A DNA stretch of 64,000 bases, from NCBI RefSeq assembly GCF_030144855.1, contig NC_082727.1:52390001-52454000 (forward strand), written 5' to 3'. The position numbers were made by a program, and so were the translations under genes. The stretch's first letter is position 1. Every line of letters begins with the position of its first letter. The notes under the pieces were generated by a model. The model was not told the origin of the DNA. It saw only the letters and a program-made list of their open reading frames with translations, and did not search any database. Origin of the DNA: Hypanus sabinus (taxonomy: Eukaryota). This document shows, one piece after another, positions 39,063 to 52,690 of this stretch.

Positions 39063-39158
39063 GTGTAGAAGGAGGAGAAACTGCGTGCAAATTAGCCCGC
39101 AAGTGGGCATATGAAGTTAAAGGAATTCCTAAATATAAAGCAAAGATCCTTTTTGCAG
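39063..39158 (+). CDS. OAT: OAT exon 4
   Basis: (G)[31 protein letters not shown]; 96 nt; canonical sites. Confidence 0.95.
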
Positions 39159-39419
39159 GTAAGATTTAAATTAAAATCCATGTAATGTACATTAACTTAG
39201 AGGAATGTAATTGTTATTTAATCATTATTCAGATCTCAAAGGCCTGTACGAAATTGTAGGGGCTGTGTAAACTTAATACTTGGCGTCTAGAAATTAAGTT
39301 TCATGGGATTTGGTTCTCAAATCAGCATCATGATACAAATATTTTCATTTTTATTTTATTTACATGTTTGATTCCTATACAGAGAAACTCCTTTAAACTC
39401 CTTTTCCCCTTTTCTTCAG

Positions 39420-39547
39420 CTGGTAATTTTTGGGGCAGGACTATTTCTGCGATTTCCAGTTCAACAGACCCCAGTAGTTATGAAGGATTTGGCCCATTTA
39501 TACCTGGGTTTGAAATTGTTCCGTACAATGATCTACCAGCAATAGAG
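39420..39547 (+). CDS. OAT: OAT exon 5
   Basis: (A)[42 protein letters not shown], includes R180; 128 nt. Confidence 0.96.
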
Positions 39548-39639
39548 GTATTGAAAACATTTAAATTGTTTTGATTCAGTTAATATTTTGTTTGATTTGG
39601 TTTAAAATTACTGTTAATTAATTCTAGCTCTTTTTTTAG

Positions 39640-39762
39640 CGTGCATTCCAGGACCCTCATATGGCAGCCTTTATGGTGGAGCCAATCCAGGGTGAAGCTG
39701 GTGTTGTAGTTCCAGACCAAGGTTATCTTCAAGGAGTGAGAGAATTATGTACAAAATATAAT
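39640..39762 (+). CDS. OAT: OAT exon 6
   Basis: [41 protein letters not shown], includes E235; 123 nt after a 92-nt intron. Confidence 0.96.
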
Positions 39763-39831
39763 GTGAGTTATAAGAGGTTGTATACTAGTTTAAAAGTCTA
39801 CTGAGTTCGAACAGGAAGGACTTTTTAATTT

Positions 39832-41483
39832 TTTTTTATTTTTTATTTTTTTTATCTAATAAGTAATAAAGAAAAAAGAGAAAAAGAAAAAATGGAAGAA
39901 AAAAGGGCTGTTTATAATATCTCACAAAAATACAAAATCATCAGTGTAGTCAACTCCGATCCTCTCAACATATATAAAATCGAAACTGGAAAAACAAATG
40001 GGCTTGGAACAGGGTCATATTATATCATATGAAAATATTGAATAAATGGTCTCCATATCTTTTCAAATTTAATAGAAGTATCAAATACAACACTTCTAAT
40101 TTTTTCTAAATTTAGACATAACATAGTTTGAGACAACCAATGAAATACGGTAGGAGGATTAATTTCTTTCCAATTCAACAAAATAGACCTTCTAGCCATT
40201 AATGTAAGAAATGCAATCATTCGGAAGAGGATAAATGGAGTGAGTCCATCATTGGTAGACCAAAGATTGCAGTAATAGGATGTGGTTGTAAATCAATGTT
40301 CAATACAGCAGAAATAATATCAAAAATATCTTTCCAATATTTTTTCAAAAGCGGACACGACCAGAACATAGGAGTTAAAGACGCTATCTCAGAATGACAT
40401 CTGTCACAAATAGGATTTATATAGGAATAAAAACGAGCCAATTTATCCTTGGACATATGAGCCCTGTGCACAACTTTAAACTGTATTAATGAATGTTTAG
40501 CACATATAGATGATGTATTAACTAATTGAAGAATTTTATCCTAATTCTCAATAGGGATAGTAAGGTTAAGTTCTCTTTCCCAATCATTTTTAGACTTATA
40601 AAAGGGCTCTGAACCTACCTTCATAATTATATTATAAAGTTTTGATATTAGCCCTTTCTGAAAAGGATTAGTTCAAACAAATTCTCCAAAATACCTGAAG
40701 ACACAAAATTTGGAAAAGTAGGAAGTACAGTATTTAAGAAATTCCTAATCTGTAAATATCTTTAAAAAAATCTAGGCAAATTATATTTATTAAATAATTG
40801 CTCAAAAGACATAAAACTATTATCCAAAAATAAATTGGAAAATCGTAGTAATCCTTTAGTCTTTCAAGCTGAATAAACTTGGTCTATAATAGGAGGATAA
40901 AAAAAGCAATTGGATACAATAGGAATATTTAAAACAAACTGAGTCAACCCAAAAAATTTCCGAAATTGAAACCATATACATAAAGTATGTTTAACTATCA
41001 GGTTATCAATTTGTTTTGGCAATTTAGAAAGAGCAAAAGGAAGAGAAGTCCCTAAAATAGAACCCAATGCAAAACCTTGTACAGATTTAATTTCCAGGTT
41101 CACCCAATGAGGGCTAAAAGATATATCCCAATCCTTTAACCAACATATCAAATATCTGATATTAACTGCCCAATAATAAAATCTAAAATTAGGCAATGCC
41201 AATCCACCTTACTTCCTTGCCTTCTGTAAATAAATTTTACCTAACCTAGGATTTTTTTTCTGCCATATATGAGGAAATTTTTGAATCAACATTAGCAAAA
41301 AAATTTCGGAATAAAAATAGGTACCGCTTGAACTATATATAAAAACTTGGGTAAAATAACCATCTTAATAGCATTAATCCGACCTATCAGATAAAGATAG
41401 TGGTGACCACTTAGTAAACAAACGTTTAATCTGATCGATTAAGTGTAAAAAATTAACCTTAAATAAGTCTTTAGTTTTTTGTG
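39832..41483 (-). mobile_element. 5'-truncated L1 LINE with poly(A) tail and ~18-bp TSD in OAT intron 6
   Basis: ORF2 C-terminal pieces (ALPNFRFYYWA; CDRCHSEIASLTPMFWSC); T-rich tail at left; TSD AGGAAGGACTTTT(T)AATTT at 39813-39831 and 41484-41501. Confidence 0.92.
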
Positions 41484-41517
41484 AGGAAGGACTTTTAATT
41501 TGATTGTGATTGAATAG

Positions 41518-41646
41518 GTGCTATTCATTGCGGATGAAGTGCAAACTGGACTGGCTAGAACTGGTCGTAGACTGGCATGTGATCATGAAGATGTTAAGCC
41601 AGATATCGTTGTTCTTGGAAAAGCGCTCTCTGGAGGAGTGTATCCT
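41518..41646 (+). CDS. OAT: OAT exon 7 (PLP-binding Lys292)
   Basis: [43 protein letters not shown], class III aminotransferase signature; 129 nt. Confidence 0.97.
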
Positions 41647-42173
41647 GTGAGTAATGTCTTGCATGGCTTCTAGATCTGTTTCCTGTCACGAGTGGGCAAA
41701 GTTAAGAGTTTAAGAAAGATGAGACATTGAAGTCTGTTGATATAGTTTATCCACTTGAACAACTATTGAGAAATTTTTAGAATCTTTGATGGTGTCTGAG
41801 TTCCCTAAATTCAGTTGACTTTGAGAGGGGCAACATGGTAATTTGACCATATGATTTTTTTTTTCTGAAGTGTGATTAAGTAGACTGTCCAAGATTTAAC
41901 ATTTATGATGAGTTCCAGAAAGCAATCATTGGTCTTTCATAAAAGATTGTGATCTAAAGTTAGTTTGTTATATTGAAGGCAAATTAATGATACAAATGGA
42001 ATGAAGGACAGTAAAGATAATTTACTTAAAGAATTTTGGCCAGATGTGAATCTGAGCTACGAACCATTCACTGTTTATGAACTTTGGTAGCTGAAAATTT
42101 GTATTGATTTTGATCATGTTTATAATAAAAGTTCCTTTTAAGAAAGATGTAGCTGGTAATTTCAAACTAATAA

Positions 42174-42344
<171 letters not shown>

Positions 42345-43277
42345 TAAAATCAATGCAGGTCCAATTCATGCAGTAACTTCTATTTCCTTTATTTGATTCC
42401 TGTAACTTGTTCTGGATAATAGTTCCAGTGAATAAGGATTAAAGAGTCAATTATATTGTAAATTTAACTAGTCTATATTATGACCAATTGGCCCACTGTT
42501 CCTAACAAAGAGCTAACTCGGTATTTGATTCCTAATCCAGTTTGTCATAGCTCTTGACATCTAAGCCCTTTTTTGAATACAGTGAATGATTCTGCCTCTA
42601 TTGCTCTTTTGGCAAGAAAACCTAATAATTTTGAAAACTGATATCCTGTTTTCAACTGCAATGCCCCCAGTTGCCTGTGCCCCCCCCCACTACCTTCTGT
42701 GTTCTAAAATCTGATACAGTAAATGAAAGCTTCCTTGTAGTTTTCAAATTCACAAGATTAAATGCCTAATTTCTTTATGGTTTTAAGTAAATTCTTTGGA
42801 GTGCTCACTTAATCATTGTTATTCACAGTATGGTTAGCATATTTAAAAAAAAAAAACAAAAAACAAAACTCCAGCAATGGAGTGTGCTTAGGCCTTTGGT
42901 GCCAGATGACAGTTTTTGGTCTGTTGGAATTTATTACTACTAATAATCCAACACATTTATTCATCTTTGGTTTTACTCTGCATTGTAATGAATTATCCAG
43001 TGAATCTCAAGTTAAAAGGGAATGTGGGAGTCATAGTCCTAGTGAGGGGATAGGAAAAGTGGTAAACATCTGAGTCAGTACAGAATCATCTGGTTTTCTG
43101 AAAGGTTGGGTGGCATTTATTGGATTTACTATATTTGATAAGATGGCATCTTACCTTCTTTGGCTAATTAGACAATTTTCATTACATGTAATAGAATTAA
43201 AAAAAAATGACCGACCAGGGTAATCTTGTAATTTGATATTTTTCTTTTGCTGCATTTCTTTGATTTGAAATACATAG

Positions 43278-43422
43278 GTCCTTGAAGAAGAAAAATTGGC
43301 AGAAAATTCTGAAGAAATGGGAATGTTACTGAGAAGAGAGCTAATGAAATTGCCATCAAATGTTGTGACTGCTGTACGAGGAAAAGGATTATTGAATGCC
43401 ATTATTATTAGAAACACAGAAG
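43278..43422 (+). CDS. OAT: OAT exon 9
   Basis: [48 protein letters not shown]; 145 nt. Confidence 0.95.
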
Positions 43423-43627
43423 GTACAAAATTTCTGAACTCTCAAATATTGACTTATTACTGTATTGTGTCCTGTGGGGGGAAGAAAATGTTACTCTGCA
43501 TGATGTTGCATAAAAACTATGTTGGTCACTAATCTACAGCTGCTCTCTTGGTCCTCCAGATCTCTGATCTAATGACCAGTCTAGCTTTTTGCCTATGTTT
43601 CACAATGCAACGGTTATTGTTATCTCG

Positions 43628-43850
43628 CAAACATGAGGAAATCTGCAGATGCTGCAGATTTTGTTCACACAAAATGCTGGTGGAACACAGCAGGCCAGGC
43701 AGCATCTCTCGGGAGAAGAGCTGTCGACGTTTCGGGCCGAGACCCTTCGTCAGGACTAACTGAAAGGAAAAATAGTAAGAGATTTGAAAGTAGTGGGGGG
43801 GGGGGTGGGAGGGGGAAATGCGAAATGAAAGGAGAAGACCAGAGGGCGTG
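43628..43850 (-). mobile_element. Penelope-like element terminal fragment
   Basis: GAGGAAATCTGCAGATGCTG...GTCGACGTTTCGGGCCGAGACCCTTCGTCAGGAC; carries a minimal hammerhead motif typical of PLE terminal repeats. Confidence 0.65.
43723..43756 (-). ncRNA. Minimal type I hammerhead ribozyme motif
   Basis: Minus strand GUC-CUGACGA-A-GGGU-CUCG-GCCC-GAAA-CG-UC^GAC: both core boxes, stems I and II, palindromic ACGU in place of stem III. Confidence 0.7.
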
Positions 43851-43859
43851 GGATGCAGG

Positions 43860-46800
43860 GGGACCTCATTGAAACCTTTTGAATGTTGACAGTACTAGAC
43901 AGTAGATGTGGAAAGGATGTTTCCTGTGGTGGAGGAGCTTTGGATGAGGGCACAGACTTGGGATAGAGGGACACCCATTTAAAACAGATACGGAGAGATT
44001 TCTTTAGTCAGAGGATGGTGAATTTGAGGAATTTATTACCACAGGCAGCTGTGGATTTGGGTGTATTTAAGGCAGAGCTTGTTTCTTCAATGGACTTGGC
44101 ACCAAAGGTTACGGGGAGAGGCCAGTGAGTGGGGCTGAGAAGGGGGCAAAAAAAGGTCAGCCATGATTGGTGGAGCTGATTCGATGGGCCAAATGGCATA
44201 ATTCTACTCTTGTGTCTTACGGGCTTATCTTTCAAGAGTCAGAGCTGACATGGTTCTGGAGAACTGGAAAATTACAAATGTCACTCCACTCTTCAAGAAG
44301 GGAGGGAAGCAGAAGAAAGGGAATTACAGGCCAATTAACCTGATCTCAGTGGTTGTGAAGATATTGCAGTGGATTGTTAAGGATGTTATTTTGGGGAACT
44401 TGAAGGCACATGACAAAATAAGCCAAAATCTGCATGGTTTCCTTGAGGGAAACTTTTACCTGACAGATCTTTTTTTTGGGGGGGGGGGGGAAAGAGATAA
44501 CAAGCAGGGTAGACAAAGGAGAATTGGTGGATGTTGGTGTACTTGGCTTTTCAGAAGGCCTTTGGCAAGGTACGACACACGAGGCTGCTAAACAAGATGA
44601 GAACTCGGGTTATTACAGGAAAGATACTAGCATGGATTGAGCGTTGGCAGGAGGCAGAGTGGAAATCAAGGGATCCTTTTTGGATTGGCTGTCGATGACT
44701 AGTAGTGTTCCACAAGAGTCTGTTGGGACTGCTTCTTTTAACATTGTATTTCAACGATTTGGATGATATTGATAGCTTTGTGGTCAGGTTTGTGGATGAT
44801 ACAAAGCTGGGTGGAGGGGAAGGTAGTGTTGAGGAAACAAAGCTGCAGAAGGACTTAAGCGGATTGGGAGAATGGGTAAAGAGGTGGCAGATGTAGTACG
44901 GTGTGAGGAAGTGTATGGTCATGCACTTTGGTAGAAGGCATAAAAGCATAGACTATTTTCTGAGGGGATGTGCAAGTCCTTTTGGAGGATTCCTTGAAAC
45001 AGGGTTTCTCAACCAGGCTTCCACAAGAGGTCATGATTAAGAAAAATATATAGTTTTTAAACTTTGTGTGATGCACATTGCTAGTATTTTCAGTGTAGTC
45101 AGTGACAGAGCAGTCCTGTTCGCAATCTTGTTGGCGGTTTCTCAGCCGGTATGGCAGTGTGCAGTAGGACCTTGTTTATTTGGTCCCTCCCATATTACCT
45201 TCCCCAATTTCCAAAATCAATTTACAACCTTTATTTAAATTAAATCTACCGAGCCTACCTTTAGAACTTAAATCTTTTTTTTGCTTAAGTAAGTTACTTA
45301 CCCCGTGAGTTTTTAAAATATATCAACAGGAAAGAAAGGGATTAATTTCCAGAAAGGTAAGCTAAGCTTAACTACCTGTTTTTCTCCTCCCCCCCCCCCC
45401 CCCCCCCCCTCCAAGAAAGGTTGGCAAAAATTCATTCTCTACTCAAAAGAGAATTGACAATTATTTTTGTATATCTACAACTTGCTGATCACGCCATCTA
45501 CTGTGAGCTGTAGATATAATTTTGCGCAGGGGTTCCCTGAGACCTGAAAATGAAATAATAGGGTTATTATTAGGGTTCATCCTAGGCAAAAAGTTGAGAA
45601 AGGCTGCCCTGAAGGTTGATTTGCACGTTGAATTGGTGGTGAGGAAGGTGAATGCAATGTTGGCATCCAGTTTGGGAGGACTCTAATATAAAAGCAAGGG
45701 TGTAATGCTGAGGCTATATTAGGCACTGGTGAGGTCTCACTTGGAGAATTGTGAACAGTTTTGAGTCCTTTAAGAAAGGAAGTGCTGACATTGAAGGTTC
45801 AGAGGAGGTTCATGAGAATGAAAGGGTTTATATGAGCAGTGATTCAAGGCTTTGTGCCTGTACTTGCTGGAATTTAGAAGAATGGAGGGGGGAATTCATT
45901 GAAACCTATCGAATGTTGAAAGGCCTAGATAGAGTGGATGTGAACAGAATGTTTCCTTTTGTGGGCAGTCTTGGACCAGGGCACACCCTCAAAATAGAAT
46001 GCTATCCATTTGGAGCAGAGGTGAAGAATTTCTTTAGCTGGAGAGTAGTGAATTTGTGGAATTTGTTACCATAGGCAGCTGTGGATGCCAGAGCACTGTG
46101 TGCATTTGACACAGAAATCGATAGGTTCTTGATTTGTCAGGGTGTGAAAAGTTATGGGAGAAGGTAGGAGAATGGGGCTAAGAGGGAAATGATAAGCCAC
46201 AATGAAATGGAGGAGCAGACTCAATTGGCTGAATGGCCTAATTCTGCTCCTCTGTCTTTTGGTCTACTTCAGCTTTGGGATGTATCTTTCATGTGCCTTC
46301 AGAATTGATCCCAGAAACTCCAACCATTGCTGCCCTGCTGGTATTGCCTTCCACTCAACCTTGGCCAGCTCTTCTCTCATGCCTCTGTAATTCCCTTACT
46401 CCACTGTAAAACTGATGCATCCAATTTTTTAGTTTCTCTTTTCAAACTGCAGGGTGAATTCAATTGTATTATGATCACTGTCTCCTAAGGGCTCTTTCAT
46501 CTTAAGCTCCCTTATCAAAACTAGGTCATTACATAACATCCAATCCAGAATTGTCATTACCCTAGTGTGCTCCACTGTAAACTGCTCTAAAAAGCCATCT
46601 TGGCATTCTACAAATTCCAGCTCTTGGCATCAGGCATCAACTGGATTTTCCCCAATCTATCTGCGTATTGAAATCCCCTATTTTATCATAAAAAGGGGGC
46701 AATGTTGCATACCTTTTCTAACTCTCATTGTAATTTGAGGCCTACATCTGGCTACTGTTTGGAGTCCTGTATATAACTCTCATCAGGCTCTTTTTACCTT

Positions 46801-47480
46801 TGCATTTCTTTACCCAAAGGATTCTACACCTTTTTGTATGGGGAAAATGAAGTGATAGGAGCTACAAAAAGGTAGACACCTGGGTGACTGTCAGAAGAGG
46901 GAAAGGGAATAGGCAGCCAGTGCAGAAGTACCCCTGTGAATGTTCCACGCAATAAGTATATTGCTTTGGATACTGTTGGAGGGAACAAGCTACCAGAGGG
47001 AAGCTGCAGCAACCAGGTCTCTGGCACTGAGTCTGGTTCTGTGGTTCAGAACAGAAAAGGGGTGAGACGAGTACATTTGTGCGAGGGGATTCCATAGTTG
47101 AGGGACCAGAAAACAGATTCTGTGGATATGGAAGAGACACCTGGATGGTATGTTGCATCCTAGGTGCCAGGGCAGGGATGTCTTTGATTGTTCCAAGGCA
47201 TTCTAAAGGGAGGATGCATATCACTGTAGGTAGAAAAGTGGATGAGGTCCTGAAGAGACAATATAGGGAGTTAGAAAGCTAAAAAGCAGGACCTCTAGGG
47301 TAGTAATCTCTGGATTGCTGCCTGTGCCATATGCCATTGTGGGTAAGAATTGGATGATTTGGCAGATGAATGTATGACTGAAGAGTTAGTGCAGTTTGCA
47401 GGATTTTAGGGTTTTGGATCATTGGGATCTCTTCCGGTGAGGGTATGATCTCTACAAAAAGGACAGGTTACACCTAAACC
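43860..47480. mobile_element. CR1 LINE fragments (RT, endonuclease, esterase remnants) in OAT intron 9
   Basis: WKITNVTPLFKKGGKQKKGNYRPINLIS, FNDLDD...RFVDDTKLGG; esterase GDSIV...CILGAR at ~47080-47480. Confidence 0.85.
45000..45606. mobile_element. hAT non-autonomous element nested in CR1
   Basis: TIRs CAGGGTTTCTCAAC / GTTGAGAAAGGCTG; degenerate 8-bp TSD CCTTGAAA / CCCTGAAG; CR1 text resumes across it. Confidence 0.75.
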
Positions 47481-49187
47481 AGCTGCACCTCCAGTTCCTT
47501 TACACAGTCTCTAAGGAGCTGCAGCTGGTGTACTTCATGCAAATATAATCTAGAGGCTTCCCAGTGTGCTAGCTATGTATTAACAGAAAAAAAAATGTAG
47601 AAACCTGCATACTGAAAACCTCTGTCTGTTCTTGCCCATGCCTGTTGAGCCAAAAGTTGACAGCTTTTAACATTGGCTCTCTCTAGCAATGGCTGCTCTG
47701 CTTACACCTCCCTTTTCATTGGCTTTGTTGATGCAGACGGTGAAAAGAGCCAAAAGCACTGGAATTATTTTTAAACCTCACACTACCTCACTAATGAATG
47801 ACAACCGATGTATAATTTCTGATGTTTGAGAAGGGTGGCATGGTAGCATACTAGTTAGCACAAAGCTTTACAGTACAAGTGACCTGGGTTCAATTCATTC
47901 TGCTGCCTGTAAGGAGTTTGTACATTCTACCTGTGACAGTGTAGTTTTTATACAGGTGCTCTGGTTTCCTCCCACGGTCCAAAGATGTACTGGTTAGTAG
48001 GTTAATAGGTTAATTGGTCATTGTAAATTGTCCCTTGATTGGTCTTGCGTTAAATCGCAGTGTGGGGGGAGGGATGATTGCTGGGCAGCATGGCTTGAAG
48101 GGCTGGACAGGCCTATTTGACACTATCTCAATAAACAAAAAAGTAAATAGATTGAAGTGGAATTGTACAAATTGGATTTAGTGCTGTTAATGGGCAGAGT
48201 ATGCCAGGGTGTTTTTTTTTCCATTTTAAGTTCCGGTAACTATCTTGGAATATTGTAGCAGTGTTTGATCCTGGGCTGCGTGGCGCAATATTGTCAAAGA
48301 CGGCCCTTTTTTTTTATATCTTTGATTTTAATCAAATTAGCTGAAAAAATTGCCAATATGACTTGGAAGTGGCAGAGCTGGTGCTTTTCCTGCAGGTGCT
48401 TCCAACTGACCTACATCAGAATCAGATTTCATATCACTGGCATATGTTGTGAAATTGTTAACTTCATGGCATCAGTACAATGAAATGCATTATAAACAGG
48501 TTTTAAAAACTGAGTTACGTTAGGTGTGTGTATATGTATTATATAGTTGAAATAAGTGTGAAAAGCAGAAATAAAAATAGGTGGTGTTTGTGGGTTCAAT
48601 GCCCATTTAAAAATTGGATGGCAGAGGGGAAGAAGCAGCTCCTAAATTGCTAGTGTGTACCTTCAGGCTCTGTACCTCCTTCCTGATGGTAACAATGTGA
48701 ATAGGGCATGTCTTGGGTAGGTGGGAGTCATTAATTATGGACACTGCCTTCCTAAGCCACAGTTCCTTGAAGGTGTCTTGAATACTACGGCTAATACCCA
48801 TGACAGAGCTGACTCGTTTTACAAGTTTCTTGAAGCCTATTTCTATCTTAATGTTCAAGAAAATATCACCTGGTTCTATCTTCATGCAATATGTGGGAGT
48901 TTAGTGTGATCTAATTGAACATCTTGTTGCTTGTATAGTACAAATGGTTTCAAGTGAAATATCTCACTATAAAGTGTTTTGGGAAGCATTGGAACTGAGA
49001 AAGGTATTATATAAGTGTGAGCCTGTTTTTATTTTGTCTGGATGACATGGTTTGATTTTGCCCCTTATTTCATGCTATAGATGCTGAAAATGTAGTTAGT
49101 AGGAAATGAGTGATAGTTATACAGAATGGAAATTTGTCACTCTTCTACCTGAGCTGGTCCAATTTGCCTCCTTTTAGCCCATATCTA

Positions 49188-52100
49188 TAACCATATAACA
49201 ATCACAGCACGGAAACAGGCCATCTCGGCCCTCCTAGTCCGTGCCGAACTCTTAATCTCACCTAGTCCCACCTACCCGCACTGAGCCCATAACCCTCCAC
49301 TCCTTTCCTGTCCATATACCTATCCAATTTTACATTAAATGACACAACTGAACTGGCCTCTACTACTTCTACAGGAGGCTCATTCCACCCAGCTATCACT
49401 CTCTGAGTAAAGAAATACCCCCTCGTGTTTCCCTTAAACTTCTGCCCCCTAACTCTCAAATCATGTCCTCTCGTTTGAATCGCCCCTACTCTCAATGGAA
49501 ACAGCCTATTCACGTCAACTCTATCTATCCCTCAAAATTTTAAATACCTTGATCAAATCCCCCCTCAACCTTCTACGCTCCAATGGATAGAGACCTAACT
49601 TGTTCAACCTTTCTCTGTAACTTAAGTGCTGAAACCCAGGTAACTTCCTAGTAAATCGTCTCTGCACTCTAATTTATTGATATCTTTCCTATAATTCGGT
49701 GACCAGAACTGCACATAATATTCCAAATTTGGCCTTACCAATGCCTTGTACAATTTTAACATTACATCCCAACTTCTGTACTCAATGCTCTGATTTATAA
49801 AGGTCAGCGTTCCAAAAGCCTTCTTCACCACCCTATCTACATGAGACTCCACCTTCAGGGAACTATGCACTGTTATTCCTAGATCTCTCTGTTCCTCGGC
49901 ATTCCTCAATGCCCTACCATTTACCCTGTATGTTCTATTTGGATTATTCCTGCCAAAGTGTAGAACCTCACTTCTCAGCATTAAACTCCATCTGCCAACG
50001 TTCAGCCCATTCTTCTAACCGGCATAAATCTCCCTGCAAGCTTTGAAAACGCACCTCATTATCCACAACACCTCCTACCTTAGTATCATCGGCATACTTA
50101 CTAATCCAATTTACCACCCCATCATCCAGATCATTTATGTATATTACAAACAACATTGGGCCCAAAACAGATCCCTGAGGCACCCCGCTAGTCACTGGCC
50201 TCCATCCCGATAAACAATTATCCACCACTACTCTCTGGCATCTCCCATCTAGCCACTGTTGAATCCATTTTATTACTCCAGCATTAATACCTAACGACTG
50301 AACCTTCTTAACTAACCTTCCATGTGGAACTTTGTCAAAGGCTTTGCTGAAGTCCATATAGACTACATCCACTGCCTTACCCTCGTCAACATTCCTCGTA
50401 ACTTCTTCAAAAAATTCAATAAGGTTTGTCAAACATGACCTTCCACGCACAAATCCATGCTGGCTACTCCTAATCAGGTCCTGTCTATCCAGATAAGTAT
50501 TCTTAGAGATAGTATTAATAATTTCCATTAATTTACCCACCACTGATGTCAAACTGACAGATCTATAATTGCTAGGCTTACTTCTAGAACCCTTTTTCAA
50601 CAACGGAACCACATGAGCAATACGCCAATCCTCCGGCACAATCCCCATTTCTAATGACATCTTAAAGATCTCCGTCAGAGCTCCTGCTATTTCTACACAA
50701 ACTTCCCTCAAGGTCCTGTGGAATATCCTGTCAGGACCCAGAGATTTATCCACTTTTAAATTTCTTAAAAGTGCCAGTACTTCCACCTCTTTAATTGTCA
50801 TAGGTTCCATAACTTCTTTACTTGTTTCCCACACCTTACACAATTCAATATCCTTCTCCTTAGTGAATACCGAAGAGAAGAAATCGTTCAAAATCTCTCC
50901 CATCTCCCTCGGCTCCACACATAGCTGACCACTCTGATTCTCTAAGGGGCCAATTTTATCCCTCACTATCCTCTTGCTTTTAATATAACTGTAGAAACCT
51001 TTCGGATTTGCTTTCACCTTATTTGCCAAACCAACCTCGTATCTTCTTTTAGCTTTCCTAATCTCTTTCTTAAGATTCCTTTTACATTCTTTATGTTCCT
51101 CGAGCAATTCCTTTACTCCATGCTGCCTATATCTATTGTAGACATCCCTCTTTTTCCGAACCAAATTTCTAATATCCCTTGAAAACCATGGTGCTTTCAA
51201 CCTTTAACCTTTCCTTTCAACCTAACAGGAACATAAAGATTCTGTACCCTCATAATTTCACCCTTAAATGACCTCCATTTCTCTATTACATCCTTCCCAT
51301 AAAACAACTTGACCCAATCCACTCTCTCTAAATCCCTTCGCATCTCCTCAAAGTTAGCCTTTCTCCAATCAAAAATCTCAACTCTAGGTCCTGTCCTGTC
51401 CTTCTCCATAATTATATTGAAGCTAATGCTATTGTGATCACTGGACCCGAAATGCTCCCCAACACATACATCTGTCAGCTGATCTATCACATTCCCTAAC
51501 AGGAGATCCAACACTGCCCCATCTCTAGTTGGTACTTCTATGTATTGTTGCAAAAAACTATCCTGCACGCATTTCACAAACTCTAAACCATCCAGCCCTT
51601 TTACAGAATGAGCTTCCCAGTCTACGTGTGGAAAATTAAAATCTCCCACAATCACCACCTTGTGTTTACTACAAATATCTGCTATCTCCTTACACATTTG
51701 CTCTTCCAACTCACGCTCCCCATTAGGTGGCCTATAATACACTCCTATCAGTGTTACTACACCTTTCCCATTCCTCAATTCCACCCAAATAGCCTCCCTA
51801 GAGGAGCTCCCTAATCTATCCTTCCAAAGCACCGCCAGAAGATTTTCTCGGACAAGCAATGCAACACCTCCTCCTCTGGCCCCTCCTACTCTTTCACACC
51901 TGAAGCAACTAAATCCAGGAGTATTTAGTTGCCAATCACACCCTTCCTGCAACCAAGTTTCACTAATAGCTACAACATCATAATTCCAGTTATCAATCCA
52001 CGCTTCAAGCTCATCCACCTTTCTTACAATGCTCCTAGCATTAAAATAGATACATTTAAGATACTCTCCACCTTCTCCTCTCGTTTCATCCCTAAGAATG

Positions 52101-52690
52101 CATTCAAATTTATTATCCTTTTCTTTCTTCTCCCCTACATCTTCGGGCTGAGCGCATCCCTTCTCCATCACCTGCCTTTCCTCCCTCACACACTGTCTAT
52201 TTACTTGCTCTACTGGTGAACTAACCTCCTCTCCCATAGTTTCCTCAAATTGATTCCCGCCCCCCCATCTTACTAGTTTAAAGTCTGCCCTGTAGCCCTA
52301 GCAAACCTGCCCGCTAGGATATTGGTCACCCCAGGATTCAAATGTATCCTGTCCTTCTTGAACAGGTCACGCCTGCCCCAGAAGAGGTCCCAATGATCCA
52401 GAAACTTGAATCCTTGCCCCCTGCTCCAATCCCACAGCCACGCATTCATCCTCCACCTAATTCCTTTCCTACTCTCACTGTCGCGTGGCACAGGCAGTAA
52501 TCCCGAGATTACTACCTTTGCAGTCCTTCTTAACTGCCTTCCTAACTCCCTATACTCTCATTTCAGGACCTCTTCCCCTTTCCTACCTATGTCATAGGTA
52601 CCTACATGTACCATGACCTCTGGCTCCTCACCCTCCCACTTCAGGATATCTTGGACGCGATCAGAAACGTCCCGAACCCTGGCACCAGGG
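49188..52690 (-). mobile_element. Young, nearly complete CR1 LINE (ORF1 SGNH-esterase part plus ORF2 APE endonuclease-RT, several frameshifts)
   Basis: ORFs 52273-52690 (PGARVRDV, HVGTYD, DRIHLN), 51197..52237 (YFNARS, AISETWL, GDFNFP, SDHN), 49968..51200 (DFSKAFDKVPH, GVPQGSVLGP, YADD); intact 3' end with short tandem tail. Confidence 0.95.
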
